A DNA stretch of 64,000 nucleotides from an uncultured Desulfobacter sp. (GCA_963665095.1 OY762069.1:2496001-2560000), one strand, 5' to 3'; shown: positions 31,598-43,382, numbered from the stretch's first letter. Program-made: numbers and translations. The notes: generated by a model from the letters alone, not told the origin.

Positions 31598-34500
31598 ATG
31601 ACTGAAAAAAATTATCTTATCCAAATGTTGACAAAAAAAATAAAAGTATCCGGTTCTTTCAGAATCCTCATCCCTTTGTACGCCACATACATTCTCTTTG
31701 CCTTTAGCTTTTTTTTCATCTTTATTCCTCAACAGGAAGCACAGCTGCTGAATCAGAAAAAAGAGGTCATCCGCCAGTTGATCGATAATGCCATCAGCCT
31801 GTTATCTGAAATAAATTCAAGGGTTGAACAGGGGGATATACCCCTTGAAAAAGCCAGGGCCCAGGCAGTAAGTCAAATTCGCACCCTTAGATACGGCCCG
31901 GACGGTCAAGACTATTTCTGGATTATTGATACGCATCCATCCATGATCATGCATCCCCATCGCCCGGATCTTGAAGGCAAAGATTTAGCTTTGATTCAAG
32001 ATGCCAAAGGGAATTACCCCTTTGTTGATATGGCCCAAAAAGCCATGGCAGGTCAGGGCAGTTATGTGAACAAGGAGTGCCTGTGGGAGGATGCATCGCA
32101 CAGGGTTGCGTCCAAAACATCCTACGTGAAAATATTTCCGGCATGGAACTGGATTGTTGGCACAGGTATTCATACAGATGATATTCATGAGGCGTTAAGC
32201 GCCATTCACCAGAAATTTATACAGATTTTTGCCGGCATTCTCACATTTATCATCCTTCTTTCCATTTACATTACAAAACAGGTCTTCAGGATTGAACGGC
32301 AGAACAGGCAGGCTGAAACCGAAAAAAAGCTGGATGAACTGCGATTAAAAAAACTGCTTGAATTAAGTCAGATAGCGGAAAAATCCATTAACACACTGAT
32401 GGAATTTGCCCTGGAGGAGGCCTGTAAGTTAACCGGGAGTCAGTTTGGATGTCTGGCCTTTTTAAATGAAGACCAGGCTGACCTGACCATTCACAACTGG
32501 CCAAAACACCCCGTGAAGGATGGAGAAACAGGCAGCAAAAAAGTGACCTGCCAGATGAAAGAGAGCGGACTCTGGGCAGAAGCCGAGAAATCGCGAGACC
32601 TACTGGTAATTAACGATTTTAAAAATTACAGTCCACTTTGCGAACAGGGATTTCCCCGGGACGATGTCACTATTTTACGGGTGATGAGCGCCCCTGTTTT
32701 TGCCGGCGGAAAGATGGTGGCACTGATCAGTGTGGGGAACAAAAACCAGGATTATAACGAATCAGATATTCGGCAATTGCAGTTGATGATGGACGGGATG
32801 TGGAAAATTCTTCAGGGGAAAAAAAACGACATCGAGTTGCAAAAAAATGAAGAGAGATATCGCCTGCTAGCGGACAACGCCACAGATACCATATGGGTTT
32901 TACAGCTTCCGGATTTAGGGTTGCGTTATGCCAGTCCGTCAATGGAATACCTTCTGGGCTATACGCCTTCTGAATTAAGTATGCTTAAGCGTGAGGACTA
33001 TATGACCCCAAATTCATTAAAACAGCTGCCCAGGCTGATATCCGAACAGCTTAGCCAGGACGCCAGCGACACTCCTGAACCCAAACGGTTAAAGACCGTG
33101 GAACTGGAGCTGATTAAAAAGGACGGCACCTGCATCTGGGTTGAAATTACCGCCAGTGTATTAAAAAATGACAAAGGTGAACCTGACCGGATATTGGGCA
33201 TTTCCAGAGATATCTCAGAACGGAAACGTGCCAGTGATGCATTACAACGGACAACAGAACTACTGAGGGAGGCAGGGAGAATCGCAAGGGTCGGTGGCTG
33301 GAGCGCTGATATCAAAAGTCAGACCATCCTATGGTCGGATGAAATGAACGCCATCCATGAAAGGCCGGCCCACACCCCTCCGTCTATTGATGAAATTAAA
33401 AGTTTTGTCGCGCCTGAGTGGAAGGATAAAATCGAGAACGGATACAACCGCTGTATGGAAGAAGGAAAGAGCCTTGATGAAGAGTTCGAGATCATTACGG
33501 CCAATGGGAACCACCGCTGGGTCCATGTCACTGGAGAGGCTGTAAGAGACGGGGCCGGAAACATTATCCGTGTCATAGGGGCGCTTCAGGATATTTCAGA
33601 CCGGATACAGGCAGATGAAGAGAGAAAGAAACTGCAGGAACATCTGGCCCAGGCAAGAAAAATGGAAGCCATCGGGGTGTTGGCCGGAGGGATTGCCCAT
33701 GATTTTAATAATATCCTTTCAGGCCTGATGGGATTTACGGATCTGGCAATGATCGAAGCCGGGAATAATGAAACACTCAAAGGCTATCTGGCCCAGGTCT
33801 CATCTTCAAGCCTGAGAGCCAGGGATCTTGTCAGGCATATCCTGACCTTCAGCAGAAAAACCGATGTAAAAAAACAACCTTTGATCATTAACCCGATTAT
33901 TAAAGAGTTACTAAAGTTTATGCGCGCGTCTCTGCCGGCCAGCATTGAAATCAAATATGATTTAAAAGTTGATCAGGAACAGGTCTTTGGGGATGCCACA
34001 CAGATTTATCAGATCCTTATGGGCCTTTTCACAAATGCCGGGTATGCCATCAAGGACAAAGGCGGGACTCTTGAAGTGACCATGGACAGTGTCACGCGGG
34101 ATGACATTCAGACCGGCTATGCAGGAGAAACACCTGGAAAAAATTTCATTGAACTGGTGATTTCCGATACAGGATGCGGCATTCATGAAAAACATCTTGA
34201 CCGAATTTTTGAACCTTTTTTTACGACAAAAGGACGCGAAGAAGGTACCGGGATGGGACTGGCCACTGTATACGGCATCATCAAAGAGATGGGGGGAACC
34301 ATTTCGGTCTCCAGTGAGGTCGGGGCGGGATCAACATTCACGATCCTGCTGCCAAGGCATGATAAGGCACAAGCCTTAGATAAAAATGTCAATGGTTTAT
34401 TAAAAAAAGGTCGGGGCAACATCCTGATGGTTGACGATGAGATTATCATTGCCGAAAGCACCTGTGAACTTCTGACCATCCTGGGATATACTGTAACAAC

Positions 34501-34792
34501 CGAAACAGACAGCATGACGGCCATTGACATCGTAAAAAACAATCCAGCAGGTTATGACCTGGTATTAACAGACATGACCATGCCCCGCATGGACGGCTTT
34601 GAGCTGGCACAACAGATAAAACAAATCAATCCGCATATTCCCGTTGTTTTGAGCACAGGCTTCAGCGACGGGTTAACCAAAGAAAAATGTGAATCTGCCG
34701 GTATTGCAGATATGGTGATGAAACCCTTGACCGTCAGTGAGCTTTCCGTAACCATTGAAAAAGTTATTAACAAAAATAACACAAAAGAATAG
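31598..34792 (+). CDS. Hybrid sensor histidine kinase (sCache-GAF-PAS-PAS-HisKA-HATPase-REC)
   Basis: YFWIID...MHPHRPDLEG; AHDFNN; DTGCG, FFTTK, GTGMGL; VDDE...TDMTMP...KP. The ORF-track start at 31223 overlaps the divergent gene, so ATG 31598 is preferred. Confidence 0.9.
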   Translation: MTEKNYLIQMLTKKIKVSGSFRILIPLYATYILFAFSFFFIFIPQQEAQLLNQKKEVIRQLIDNAISLLSEINSRVEQGDIPLEKARAQAVSQIRTLRYGPDGQDYFWIIDTHPSMIMHPHRPDLEGKDLALIQDAKGNYPFVDMAQKAMAGQGSYVNKECLWEDASHRVASKTSYVKIFPAWNWIVGTGIHTDDIHEALSAIHQKFIQIFAGILTFIILLSIYITKQVFRIERQNRQAETEKKLDELRLKKLLELSQIAEKSINTLMEFALEEACKLTGSQFGCLAFLNEDQADLTIHNWPKHPVKDGETGSKKVTCQMKESGLWAEAEKSRDLLVINDFKNYSPLCEQGFPRDDVTILRVMSAPVFAGGKMVALISVGNKNQDYNESDIRQLQLMMDGMWKILQGKKNDIELQKNEERYRLLADNATDTIWVLQLPDLGLRYASPSMEYLLGYTPSELSMLKREDYMTPNSLKQLPRLISEQLSQDASDTPEPKRLKTVELELIKKDGTCIWVEITASVLKNDKGEPDRILGISRDISERKRASDALQRTTELLREAGRIARVGGWSADIKSQTILWSDEMNAIHERPAHTPPSIDEIKSFVAPEWKDKIENGYNRCMEEGKSLDEEFEIITANGNHRWVHVTGEAVRDGAGNIIRVIGALQDISDRIQADEERKKLQEHLAQARKMEAIGVLAGGIAHDFNNILSGLMGFTDLAMIEAGNNETLKGYLAQVSSSSLRARDLVRHILTFSRKTDVKKQPLIINPIIKELLKFMRASLPASIEIKYDLKVDQEQVFGDATQIYQILMGLFTNAGYAIKDKGGTLEVTMDSVTRDDIQTGYAGETPGKNFIELVISDTGCGIHEKHLDRIFEPFFTTKGREEGTGMGLATVYGIIKEMGGTISVSSEVGAGSTFTILLPRHDKAQALDKNVNGLLKKGRGNILMVDDEIIIAESTCELLTILGYTVTTETDSMTAIDIVKNNPAGYDLVLTDMTMPRMDGFELAQQIKQINPHIPVVLSTGFSDGLTKEKCESAGIADMVMKPLTVSELSVTIEKVINKNNTKE

Positions 34793-34804
34793 AAAAGGGT
34801 TTAT

Positions 34805-36214
34805 ATGTTTCGTGTTCTGATTATTGACGATGACCCCAACATCTGTCTGTTTTTTGAAACCGTTCTTGCAAAGATGGACTGTGACACATTTACGGCCAAC
34901 AGAATCAAGGACGCAAAGGCATTGAGCTGCCAGAATAATTTTGACATTATCCTGCTTGATCTTGAGCTGCCGGATGGAAACGGTCTGGATATCATGCCGG
35001 ATCTTGTACACCTGCCCTCTTCTCCGGAAATCATTATCATCACCGGCACAGGGGATGCCAGGGGCGCTGAGATTGCATTTAAAAACGGGGCCTGGGATTT
35101 TGTGCAAAAACCATTCCGGCTTGATGACATTACCCTGCCCATTCAAAGAGCCTTAAACTATCGCAAGGAAAAGCTGTCATCCCGGGAACTGATCATCCTG
35201 AAACGCTCAAAGATTATCGGGGAATCCCCTGCCTTAAAAAAATGTCTGGATGAAGTGGGCAAAGCCGCCTCCACCGATGCCAGCATCCTTGTCACCGGGG
35301 AAACAGGGACTGGTAAGGAGCTGTTTTCCAAAGCCATCCATGAAAACAGCAAACGGGCGTCGAACCCCTTTGTGGCGGTTGACTGCGGCTCCCTGACCGA
35401 AAGCCTGATTGAAAGCACCCTTTTCGGACATGAGAAAGGGGCCTTTACCGGGGCTGCATATAAACAGGACGGCCTGATAGTACAGGCAGACGGCGGCACA
35501 TTGATGCTGGATGAAGTCGGCGACCTGCCGCTGTCAATTCAGAAAGCCCTGTTACGGACACTACAGGAGAGATCTGTCCGCCGCATTGGGGGAAAGAAAG
35601 AGATCAAGGTGGATATCCGTCTGATTTCCGCCACCAATCTCTCCCTGGACCAGCTGGTTAAAGAGAACCGTTTCAGGGAAGATTTCCTGTACCGGATCCG
35701 GGCCATGGAAATTCACCTGCCCCCCCTTCGCGACAGGGGGAAAGATATTGAAGACATTGTGTTAAAAAAGGTGCATGAGTTGTCAAACAGGTACAACCTG
35801 ACACCCAAGGCCATCTCCAAGGAGCTGTTTGAAACACTGATGTCAAACAACTGGCCCGGCAATATCAGAGAACTGCTCAATGTCCTGGAGTATACCCTGG
35901 CGTCGGCCGGCAGTGACCCCACGCTGGTGCCCAAACATCTGCCGCCTAATTACCGGCTTTCAACATTAACGTTTGAGACGCCCGCTACCAGGGAAAACGC
36001 CCCGTCGCTGGCAGACGAAATTTTGGACGGTGATTCAGAGCTGCCAACACTGAATGCCTGCCGGGAACAGCTGGAAATAACCTACCTGACCCGTTTAATG
36101 AAAAAAGCGGGCGGGAACCGGAAAACCGCCTGCCGCTTATCAGGCGTTTCCCAGGCCAGGTTGTACGCTCTGCTAAATAAATACAATCTTCCCGGATTTG
36201 GTTCCTACCAATAA
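34805..36214 (+). CDS. Sigma54-dependent response regulator (NtrC family)
   Basis: REC (DDD, LDLELPD, KP), [25 protein letters not shown]. Confidence 0.95.
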   Translation: MFRVLIIDDDPNICLFFETVLAKMDCDTFTANRIKDAKALSCQNNFDIILLDLELPDGNGLDIMPDLVHLPSSPEIIIITGTGDARGAEIAFKNGAWDFVQKPFRLDDITLPIQRALNYRKEKLSSRELIILKRSKIIGESPALKKCLDEVGKAASTDASILVTGETGTGKELFSKAIHENSKRASNPFVAVDCGSLTESLIESTLFGHEKGAFTGAAYKQDGLIVQADGGTLMLDEVGDLPLSIQKALLRTLQERSVRRIGGKKEIKVDIRLISATNLSLDQLVKENRFREDFLYRIRAMEIHLPPLRDRGKDIEDIVLKKVHELSNRYNLTPKAISKELFETLMSNNWPGNIRELLNVLEYTLASAGSDPTLVPKHLPPNYRLSTLTFETPATRENAPSLADEILDGDSELPTLNACREQLEITYLTRLMKKAGGNRKTACRLSGVSQARLYALLNKYNLPGFGSYQ

Positions 36215-36247
36215 CAGACTGTTTCATCTCTTATAAAGATCTTCAAG

Positions 36248-36384
36248 TTCTTAGAAACAAGAATGAAAATGGTTCTTGTTTTCAAGAAACCCCGCCCACG
36301 CGAACGCCCTCCCAATGGCCTACAAACACAACTAATTGTTTTTATAGAAATTATTTAATTATCCTCCCTTGGCACGACTCTTGC
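36248..36384 (+). promoter_or_regulatory. Sigma54 promoter with tandem palindromic UAS
   Basis: TGGCAC-gactc-TTGC 36370-84; TTCTTAGAAACAAGAA 36248-63 and TTCTTGTTTTCAAGAA 36273-88. Confidence 0.75.
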
Positions 36385-36450
36385 CATAATATGAAATGCA
36401 TGCATCCGAAAACAATTAAGACAAATCGGCTCAATAATGGAGGAGATAAC

Positions 36451-38448
36451 ATGAAAAAAATAACATTAAGAACCAAATTAATCCTTGGTGGTGTGGTGGC
36501 TGCAATTCTTCCGCTGGTAGTCGTGGGCTCATTTGCCATAAACAAATCATCATCCGCTCTGGTTTCCATTGCCCAGGGACAGGCAGAACTTGTGGCCCGA
36601 AACTTTGCAAACATGGTGAATCTGTCCATGGAACAGGAGATCGAAAGAGCCCAGACCATGGCTTCGGAGACTTTAATCCGGGATCTGGTGGATAAAGCGT
36701 ATGCCAGTGGTGTTCAAGATCTGTCTGAAGAGGTGTCTGCAGCAGAATCCTATCTTTCAGATGTTTTTAAAAAGATGGATAAAAAATACGAGGACTTTAT
36801 TATTACAGATACCACCGGCCTGATTATCGCGGACAGTAACGGCGGCTACTCCAGACAGAAAAAAATTAACGTGGCGGAAAGAAACTATTTCCAGGCAGCC
36901 AGATCCGGCAGCACCAACATCAGTGAGCCGGTTCTGTCAAAAAAAAGCAACGAGCCTGTCTTTGTTATTGCGCTTCCCTTACAGAACCGCTCAGGTGCCT
37001 TTGCCGGTATATTGGGATCCGTTGTGAAACTGACTGCGTTGTCTGAAAAAATCACACAGGCAAAAATCGGCAAGACAGGTTATCTTTTTATGGCGGGTAA
37101 TGACGGACTATTTATCGCCCATCCGGTGCAGGATTATATTTTCAAGCTCAATATGTCCACGCTTGAAGGCATGGAAGAGATTGCCAGAAGAGCTACGGCA
37201 CAGGAAGCAGGTGTTGAAAAATACCGGTTTAAAGGTACGGATAAAATTGCCGGATTCGCACCGGTCCATGCCACAGGCTGGAGTATTGTTGTTACCCAGA
37301 ATGAATCGGAATTTTTAGCACCTGTGGTGGCCATCCGAAATATAGTACTGGCCGCGGGCGGCATTTTCCTGGTCCTGACAGTGGTGGCGGTCCTGTGGTT
37401 TGTAAAAGGCATTATGGCGCTTCTCGGAAATGACCCCTCTGAAATTGCAAAAGTGGCTGACCAGATTGCCGGCGGAGACCTCACCTATGAATTCACAGCC
37501 AATGGAAAACAGCTTTGTGGTGTATACGCCAGCATGAAGCAGATGACCGATAATCTTAAAAATATGTTTACGGACATTTCACAAGGCGTTCAGACATTGA
37601 CATCCTCTTCCACGGAACTGTCAGCCATCTCCCATCAGATGACGTCCAATGCGGAACAGTCATCCGGAAAAGCCAACAGTGTCTCATCAGCAGCCGAAGA
37701 GATGGCCACGGCCATGAACAGCGTAGCCGCCGCCACTGAACAGACCAGTGCCAACCTGCAGATGATTGTGGCGGCCGCCGAAGAGATGTCTGCCACCATC
37801 AATGAAATCTCATCCAACACTGCCAAGGGAAGCCAGACCACAAGCCAGGCCGTTGAAAAAGCGGAACAGATCTCTGCAAAAGTGGATGCGTTGGGCAGGG
37901 CGGCCACCGAGATCAGCAAGGTTACTGAAACCATTGCCGACATCTCTGAACAGACCAATCTTCTGGCGCTGAATGCCACCATAGAAGCGGCAAGAGCCGG
38001 GGAAGCAGGCAAGGGATTTGCCGTGGTCGCAGGGGAAATCAAAGAGCTTGCAAAGCAGACAGCAAACGCCACGGATGAAATCGGCCAGAAAATAGGCGAG
38101 GTACAGGCATCCACCAGCGAATCAGTGGAAGCCATCAAGGTCATAGTTGAGATCATCGACGATATCAACACCATTGTCACTTCGGTGGCAACAGCTATTG
38201 AGGAGCAGTCTGCAACAACCCAGGAAATCTCCAATAACGTCAGTCAGGCGGCCACGGGTGTTCAGGAGGTCAATGAGAATGTCAACCAGACCTCCACAGT
38301 GGCTGCGGATGTTACTGAAGATGTCCACCAGGTCAGCCGGTCTGCCGACGAAATAACCGCCGGGACCCTGCAGATCAATGAAAGTGCCACGGAATTATCC
38401 AAGCTGGCGGAAAGTCTTAATGAGATGATTGGCAGATTTAAGCTGTAA
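36451..38448 (+). CDS. Methyl-accepting chemotaxis protein (dCache), copy 1
   Basis: Two TM helices, dCache periplasmic domain, [27 protein letters not shown]. Confidence 0.95.
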   Translation: MKKITLRTKLILGGVVAAILPLVVVGSFAINKSSSALVSIAQGQAELVARNFANMVNLSMEQEIERAQTMASETLIRDLVDKAYASGVQDLSEEVSAAESYLSDVFKKMDKKYEDFIITDTTGLIIADSNGGYSRQKKINVAERNYFQAARSGSTNISEPVLSKKSNEPVFVIALPLQNRSGAFAGILGSVVKLTALSEKITQAKIGKTGYLFMAGNDGLFIAHPVQDYIFKLNMSTLEGMEEIARRATAQEAGVEKYRFKGTDKIAGFAPVHATGWSIVVTQNESEFLAPVVAIRNIVLAAGGIFLVLTVVAVLWFVKGIMALLGNDPSEIAKVADQIAGGDLTYEFTANGKQLCGVYASMKQMTDNLKNMFTDISQGVQTLTSSSTELSAISHQMTSNAEQSSGKANSVSSAAEEMATAMNSVAAATEQTSANLQMIVAAAEEMSATINEISSNTAKGSQTTSQAVEKAEQISAKVDALGRAATEISKVTETIADISEQTNLLALNATIEAARAGEAGKGFAVVAGEIKELAKQTANATDEIGQKIGEVQASTSESVEAIKVIVEIIDDINTIVTSVATAIEEQSATTQEISNNVSQAATGVQEVNENVNQTSTVAADVTEDVHQVSRSADEITAGTLQINESATELSKLAESLNEMIGRFKL

Positions 38449-38489
38449 AGATCAGACACAGGCCTGCTGTCTTAACGGCAGCAGGCCTG
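37086..38489 (+). repeat. 1404-bp direct repeat, copy 1 (copy 2 at 41979-43382)
   Basis: Constant offset 4893; only two synonymous differences noticed (37890/42783, 38022/42915); includes the 3' hairpin CAGGCCTGCTG...CAGCAGGCCTG. Confidence 0.92.
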
Positions 38490-38640
38490 GTTACAAAAAT
38501 CAGGGGTAATAGAAGGATAAACTCATTTTCAAGCGTATCAATGATACCTGGCGACATCTCTGCGGAGACGAAGTTCTTTTGCTCACCTCCCAACTTATGC
38601 AAAGACACTTCCAATTGCCCAAATAGGGAAAAGCATAAAT

Positions 38641-40620
38641 ATGAACCAGATTTTTTTCGAACAAAGGGCTGCACTGATTTTAGCAATATTCTGTTGCATT
38701 GCCGTTTTGGTCATCAATATTAGCAATGCCAGGCTACCGAAGCTTTTCCATGATACTCACAGAAAAATTTTTTTAAAAATATTCGGCATAATTTTTCCGA
38801 TCTGGCTTTCATTTATCCTTGTTGTTGCGAGCATCTTTTTCATATTTGTCCCCTCTTTAAAACAAAATATGATGGTCCAAAAAAAGCAAGCTATAAAGCA
38901 GCTGGTTGACAGCCATTTATATTACCTGGGAAGTCTTCAAAACGCAGTTGCCAACGGCGATATGACACTTATTCAGGCACAGGATATGGCGATTAACCAG
39001 TTCAGGGCATTACGATATGGTCCTGAAAAGGAAGGCTATTTCTGGATTAATGACATGTATCCGTTTATGGTCATGCATCCGTATCGACCTGATCTTGAAG
39101 GGAGGGATCTGACTTCTTTCAAAGACTCACAAAACGATTATCCCTTCATTGCAATGGTCTCAAAAGTTATCCAGGACGGGGGGGGATATGTGAACTACTA
39201 CTGGCAATGGAAAAATGACCCGAACAGATCTTCTCCTAAAATATCTTATGTAAAGGGGTTTAAACCGTGGGGATGGATCCTTGGTACAGGGATTTACACT
39301 AAGGATGTTAAACAGGAAATAGATTCTATTTTCATGAAGTTATCAAAAACTTCCATTTTGATTTTAGCGTTAATTCTGGCCATATCATTTTATTTGACCA
39401 TTCAAACAATCCGTATCGAAAAAAAGAGGCTGTCATCGGCGCAGAAGTTGCGAAAAAGTGAAAGCCGGCTTGACACAATTTTGAAAGCAAACCCTGATCC
39501 CATGGTTGTTTATGATTTAAATGGCCATCCGGATTATCTTAATCCGGCATTCACCCATGTGTTCGGATGGACCCTGGAGGACTTGAAAGGAAAGACCATA
39601 CCGTTTGTCCCTCAGGATCAGAAAGATATAACCGTCAAAAAAATAACAGAAATACATCAATACGGATCGGCCCTGACCTTTGAAACAAAACGGTATACCA
39701 AAGATAAAGCCTGCCTTGATATACTTATCAGTGCGGCCTCTCACAAAGATGATAAGGGCAAAGCCATCGGTATGGTTGTTAATCTCAAAGATATTACAGA
39801 ACAAAACCGGAATCGTGAAATAATTATTCAGTCGGAAAAAATGCTGTCACTCGGTGGGCTTGCAGCAGGTATGGCCCATGAGCTCAATAACCCTTTGGCC
39901 GGCATGATACAAAGTGCCAATGTTATGAAATCCAGGCTGAAAAATGTTGATATGCCGGCGAATCTGGAAGCGGCAAAGGAACTTGGCATCTCCATGGAGG
40001 CTGTGGCAGCCTTCATGGAAAAAAGAAACATTTTTAATATGATTGATGCCATCCATTACTCAGGGATACGGGCTACTGAGATTGTCAGAAGCATGCTCAG
40101 TTTTGCAAGAAAATCAAATGTTGAGTATTCCACCCATTACCCCGATCAACTGGTGGATGCAATTCTTGAACTGGCAGCTACGGAGTACGATTTCAAAAAG
40201 CAATATGATTTTAAATCCATTGAAATTATTAAACAGTATGATGAGAATTTGCCGGTGTTGACTTGTGAAGGTGCAAAAATTCAACAGGTGTTACTCAATA
40301 TTCTGCGAAATGGTGCCCAGGCCATGCAGACGGCAAAAACAAAATCACCCAGATTTATACTCAGGCTATACAGCAAAGGACGTCCTGAAATGCTCCATAT
40401 CGAAATAGAGGACAATGGACCGGGCATGGATGAAAATACCCGTTCAAAAGTATTTGATCCTTTTTTTACGACCAAACCTGTTGGCATTGGTACGGGGTTA
40501 GGCTTGTCTGTTTCTTACTTTATCATTACTGATAATCACAACGGTACCATAGAAGTCATATCTGAGCCAGGGAAAGGCGCTAATTTTATCATCCGACTAC
40601 CCATTGACAGAAAGGACTGA
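38641..40620 (+). CDS. Sensor histidine kinase (sCache-PAS-HisKA-HATPase)
   Basis: YFWIND...MHPYRPDLEG, AHELNNPL, DNGPG, FFTTK, GTGLGL. Confidence 0.93.
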   Translation: MNQIFFEQRAALILAIFCCIAVLVINISNARLPKLFHDTHRKIFLKIFGIIFPIWLSFILVVASIFFIFVPSLKQNMMVQKKQAIKQLVDSHLYYLGSLQNAVANGDMTLIQAQDMAINQFRALRYGPEKEGYFWINDMYPFMVMHPYRPDLEGRDLTSFKDSQNDYPFIAMVSKVIQDGGGYVNYYWQWKNDPNRSSPKISYVKGFKPWGWILGTGIYTKDVKQEIDSIFMKLSKTSILILALILAISFYLTIQTIRIEKKRLSSAQKLRKSESRLDTILKANPDPMVVYDLNGHPDYLNPAFTHVFGWTLEDLKGKTIPFVPQDQKDITVKKITEIHQYGSALTFETKRYTKDKACLDILISAASHKDDKGKAIGMVVNLKDITEQNRNREIIIQSEKMLSLGGLAAGMAHELNNPLAGMIQSANVMKSRLKNVDMPANLEAAKELGISMEAVAAFMEKRNIFNMIDAIHYSGIRATEIVRSMLSFARKSNVEYSTHYPDQLVDAILELAATEYDFKKQYDFKSIEIIKQYDENLPVLTCEGAKIQQVLLNILRNGAQAMQTAKTKSPRFILRLYSKGRPEMLHIEIEDNGPGMDENTRSKVFDPFFTTKPVGIGTGLGLSVSYFIITDNHNGTIEVISEPGKGANFIIRLPIDRKD

Positions 40621-40663
40621 GACGCTGTAACGGCGTCTATTTGTGTGGTGCCCCTGCTTTATC

Positions 40664-40678
40664 TGGCATGCTTTCTGC
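40664..40678 (+). promoter_or_regulatory. Putative sigma54 promoter
   Basis: TGGCAT-gcttt-CTGC with GG-N10-GC spacing, 55 bp upstream of ATG 40734. Confidence 0.5.
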
Positions 40679-40733
40679 TGAGCTGTAATAGGTATTGAAA
40701 TATAACGGTGCTGACAAAAAGGAATATTCACCC

Positions 40734-41126
40734 ATGAAAATAATTTTATATGCAAATGAAGAGTGTGAATTCAGGGATCGACTGCAAGGGCGAATTATAA
40801 ATGCACTTCCCCAGGTTCAGGTGGATCTGGCAGACTCAGGGCAGCATTTGGTCAAAATCCTGAGCCGACCCTTACACAATATTTCTGTATTGATTGTCTT
40901 TATTTCAGATGCCGAGGACGTCGGTGTCCTGTTATCTTTAAAGACACTGTTCGAAGACATCAAGTTGATACTGATTGGCGGTAAAAGAGGTGACCAGGTC
41001 CCAAAATCCTCACTCCGACTTGAACCATTGTATACAAGCCATTCAGAGACCGACTTCCAGGACGTCATTTCAGTTCTCCAGCGCATCGAACAAAAGCAGA
41101 TGCACCTTGCCCTGTCAATAAAATGA
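40734..41126 (+). CDS. Hypothetical protein, degenerate receiver-like, paralog 1
   Basis: AAGGA RBS; 79/122 identical (manual count) to 45980-46360. Confidence 0.75.
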   Translation: MKIILYANEECEFRDRLQGRIINALPQVQVDLADSGQHLVKILSRPLHNISVLIVFISDAEDVGVLLSLKTLFEDIKLILIGGKRGDQVPKSSLRLEPLYTSHSETDFQDVISVLQRIEQKQMHLALSIK

Positions 41127-41138
41127 GGAAACCTTTAT

Positions 41139-41279
41139 TTTCCTGGAAACAAGAATGTATATCATTCTTGTTTCCAGGAAATCCCAGTGAGTCAAACAGC
41201 CCGCGAACAATCCACCCACACATAACATACTGTTTTACAACAGCAATATTCAAATCATATCAATTGGCACAGCTCTTGT
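41139..41279 (+). promoter_or_regulatory. Sigma54 promoter with tandem UAS forming a 19-bp-arm inverted repeat
   Basis: TTTCCTGGAAACAAGAATG-tatat-CATTCTTGTTTCCAGGAAA 41139-81; TGGCAC-agctc-TTGT 41265-79. Confidence 0.7.
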
Positions 41280-41343
41280 AATACAAAAAAACGCGGGCAT
41301 TCCAAAAATACGGACAAACGAATCAATAACGAGAGGAGATAAC

Positions 41344-43341
41344 ATGAAAAAATTAACATTAAGAACCAAACTGATCGCTGGCGGCGTGGTAGCGGCGATT
41401 CTTCCGCTGGTAGTCGTGGGCTTATTTGCCATAAACAAATCATCATCCGCTCTGGTTTCCATTGCCCAGGGACAGGCGAAACTTACAGCCCGGAATATCG
41501 CAACCATGGTAGACCTTTCCATGCGCCAGGAAGTTGAAAAAGCCCAGGCCATGGCCTCAGAATCCTTTATTCAGAAAATGGTTAAAAAAGTCCAGAGCGG
41601 CGGCATCCTGGAAGCAGCAGGCGAACTTGCCGCAGCAGAGGAGTATCTGGCTGAGGTGTATAAGAATACCGGCGAAAATTATGTTTTCTTCTTTGTTACT
41701 GATTCATCCGGCCAGATTATAGCAGACAGCGCAAAAGGCAAACACAGGCAGCAAAATCTGAATATAGCAGACAGGAAATATTTTCAGGCTGCGAAATCGG
41801 GGAAAAGTATCATAGGGGACCCTGTTATTTCAAAATCGAGCGGGTTGCCCATTGTGGTAGTTGCCGTCCCTCTGCAGGGCAGCTCAGGATCCTTTGCCGG
41901 TATCTTGGGAGTAACTGTAAAGCTTTCAGCGCTGTCTGATAAAATCACACAGGTAAAAATGGGGGAGACCGGCTATCCTTTTATGGCGGGTAATGACGGA
42001 CTATTTATCGCCCATCCGGTGCAGGATTATATTTTCAAGCTCAATATGTCCACGCTTGAAGGCATGGAAGAGATTGCCAGAAGAGCTACGGCACAGGAAG
42101 CAGGTGTTGAAAAATACCGGTTTAAAGGTACGGATAAAATTGCCGGATTCGCACCGGTCCATGCCACAGGCTGGAGTATTGTTGTTACCCAGAATGAATC
42201 GGAATTTTTAGCACCTGTGGTGGCCATCCGAAATATAGTACTGGCCGCGGGCGGCATTTTCCTGGTCCTGACAGTGGTGGCGGTCCTGTGGTTTGTAAAA
42301 GGCATTATGGCGCTTCTCGGAAATGACCCCTCTGAAATTGCAAAAGTGGCTGACCAGATTGCCGGCGGAGACCTCACCTATGAATTCACAGCCAATGGAA
42401 AACAGCTTTGTGGTGTATACGCCAGCATGAAGCAGATGACCGATAATCTTAAAAATATGTTTACGGACATTTCACAAGGCGTTCAGACATTGACATCCTC
42501 TTCCACGGAACTGTCAGCCATCTCCCATCAGATGACGTCCAATGCGGAACAGTCATCCGGAAAAGCCAACAGTGTCTCATCAGCAGCCGAAGAGATGGCC
42601 ACGGCCATGAACAGCGTAGCCGCCGCCACTGAACAGACCAGTGCCAACCTGCAGATGATTGTGGCGGCCGCCGAAGAGATGTCTGCCACCATCAATGAAA
42701 TCTCATCCAACACTGCCAAGGGAAGCCAGACCACAAGCCAGGCCGTTGAAAAAGCGGAACAGATCTCTGCAAAAGTGGATGCATTGGGCAGGGCGGCCAC
42801 CGAGATCAGCAAGGTTACTGAAACCATTGCCGACATCTCTGAACAGACCAATCTTCTGGCGCTGAATGCCACCATAGAAGCGGCAAGAGCCGGGGAAGCA
42901 GGCAAGGGATTTGCTGTGGTCGCAGGGGAAATCAAAGAGCTTGCAAAGCAGACAGCAAACGCCACGGATGAAATCGGCCAGAAAATAGGCGAGGTACAGG
43001 CATCCACCAGCGAATCAGTGGAAGCCATCAAGGTCATAGTTGAGATCATCGACGATATCAACACCATTGTCACTTCGGTGGCAACAGCTATTGAGGAGCA
43101 GTCTGCAACAACCCAGGAAATCTCCAATAACGTCAGTCAGGCGGCCACGGGTGTTCAGGAGGTCAATGAGAATGTCAACCAGACCTCCACAGTGGCTGCG
43201 GATGTTACTGAAGATGTCCACCAGGTCAGCCGGTCTGCCGACGAAATAACCGCCGGGACCCTGCAGATCAATGAAAGTGCCACGGAATTATCCAAGCTGG
43301 CGGAAAGTCTTAATGAGATGATTGGCAGATTTAAGCTGTAA
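41344..43341 (+). CDS. Methyl-accepting chemotaxis protein (dCache), copy 2
   Basis: Same architecture as copy 1 with identical C-terminal two thirds. Confidence 0.95.
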   Translation: MKKLTLRTKLIAGGVVAAILPLVVVGLFAINKSSSALVSIAQGQAKLTARNIATMVDLSMRQEVEKAQAMASESFIQKMVKKVQSGGILEAAGELAAAEEYLAEVYKNTGENYVFFFVTDSSGQIIADSAKGKHRQQNLNIADRKYFQAAKSGKSIIGDPVISKSSGLPIVVVAVPLQGSSGSFAGILGVTVKLSALSDKITQVKMGETGYPFMAGNDGLFIAHPVQDYIFKLNMSTLEGMEEIARRATAQEAGVEKYRFKGTDKIAGFAPVHATGWSIVVTQNESEFLAPVVAIRNIVLAAGGIFLVLTVVAVLWFVKGIMALLGNDPSEIAKVADQIAGGDLTYEFTANGKQLCGVYASMKQMTDNLKNMFTDISQGVQTLTSSSTELSAISHQMTSNAEQSSGKANSVSSAAEEMATAMNSVAAATEQTSANLQMIVAAAEEMSATINEISSNTAKGSQTTSQAVEKAEQISAKVDALGRAATEISKVTETIADISEQTNLLALNATIEAARAGEAGKGFAVVAGEIKELAKQTANATDEIGQKIGEVQASTSESVEAIKVIVEIIDDINTIVTSVATAIEEQSATTQEISNNVSQAATGVQEVNENVNQTSTVAADVTEDVHQVSRSADEITAGTLQINESATELSKLAESLNEMIGRFKL

Positions 43342-43382
43342 AGATCAGACACAGGCCTGCTGTCTTAACGGCAGCAGGCCTG
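41979..43382 (+). repeat. 1404-bp direct repeat, copy 2
   Basis: See copy 1. Confidence 0.92.

Noticed and set aside
38459..38489. Hairpin after each MCP as an intrinsic terminator
   Set aside because: It has no U-tract and the second copy lies 35 bp before the pseudo-cheA start; more likely an mRNA-stabilising stem.
37635..43127. Duplicated 199-aa and 116-aa antisense ORFs
   Set aside because: Shadows of the duplicated MCP coding sequence.
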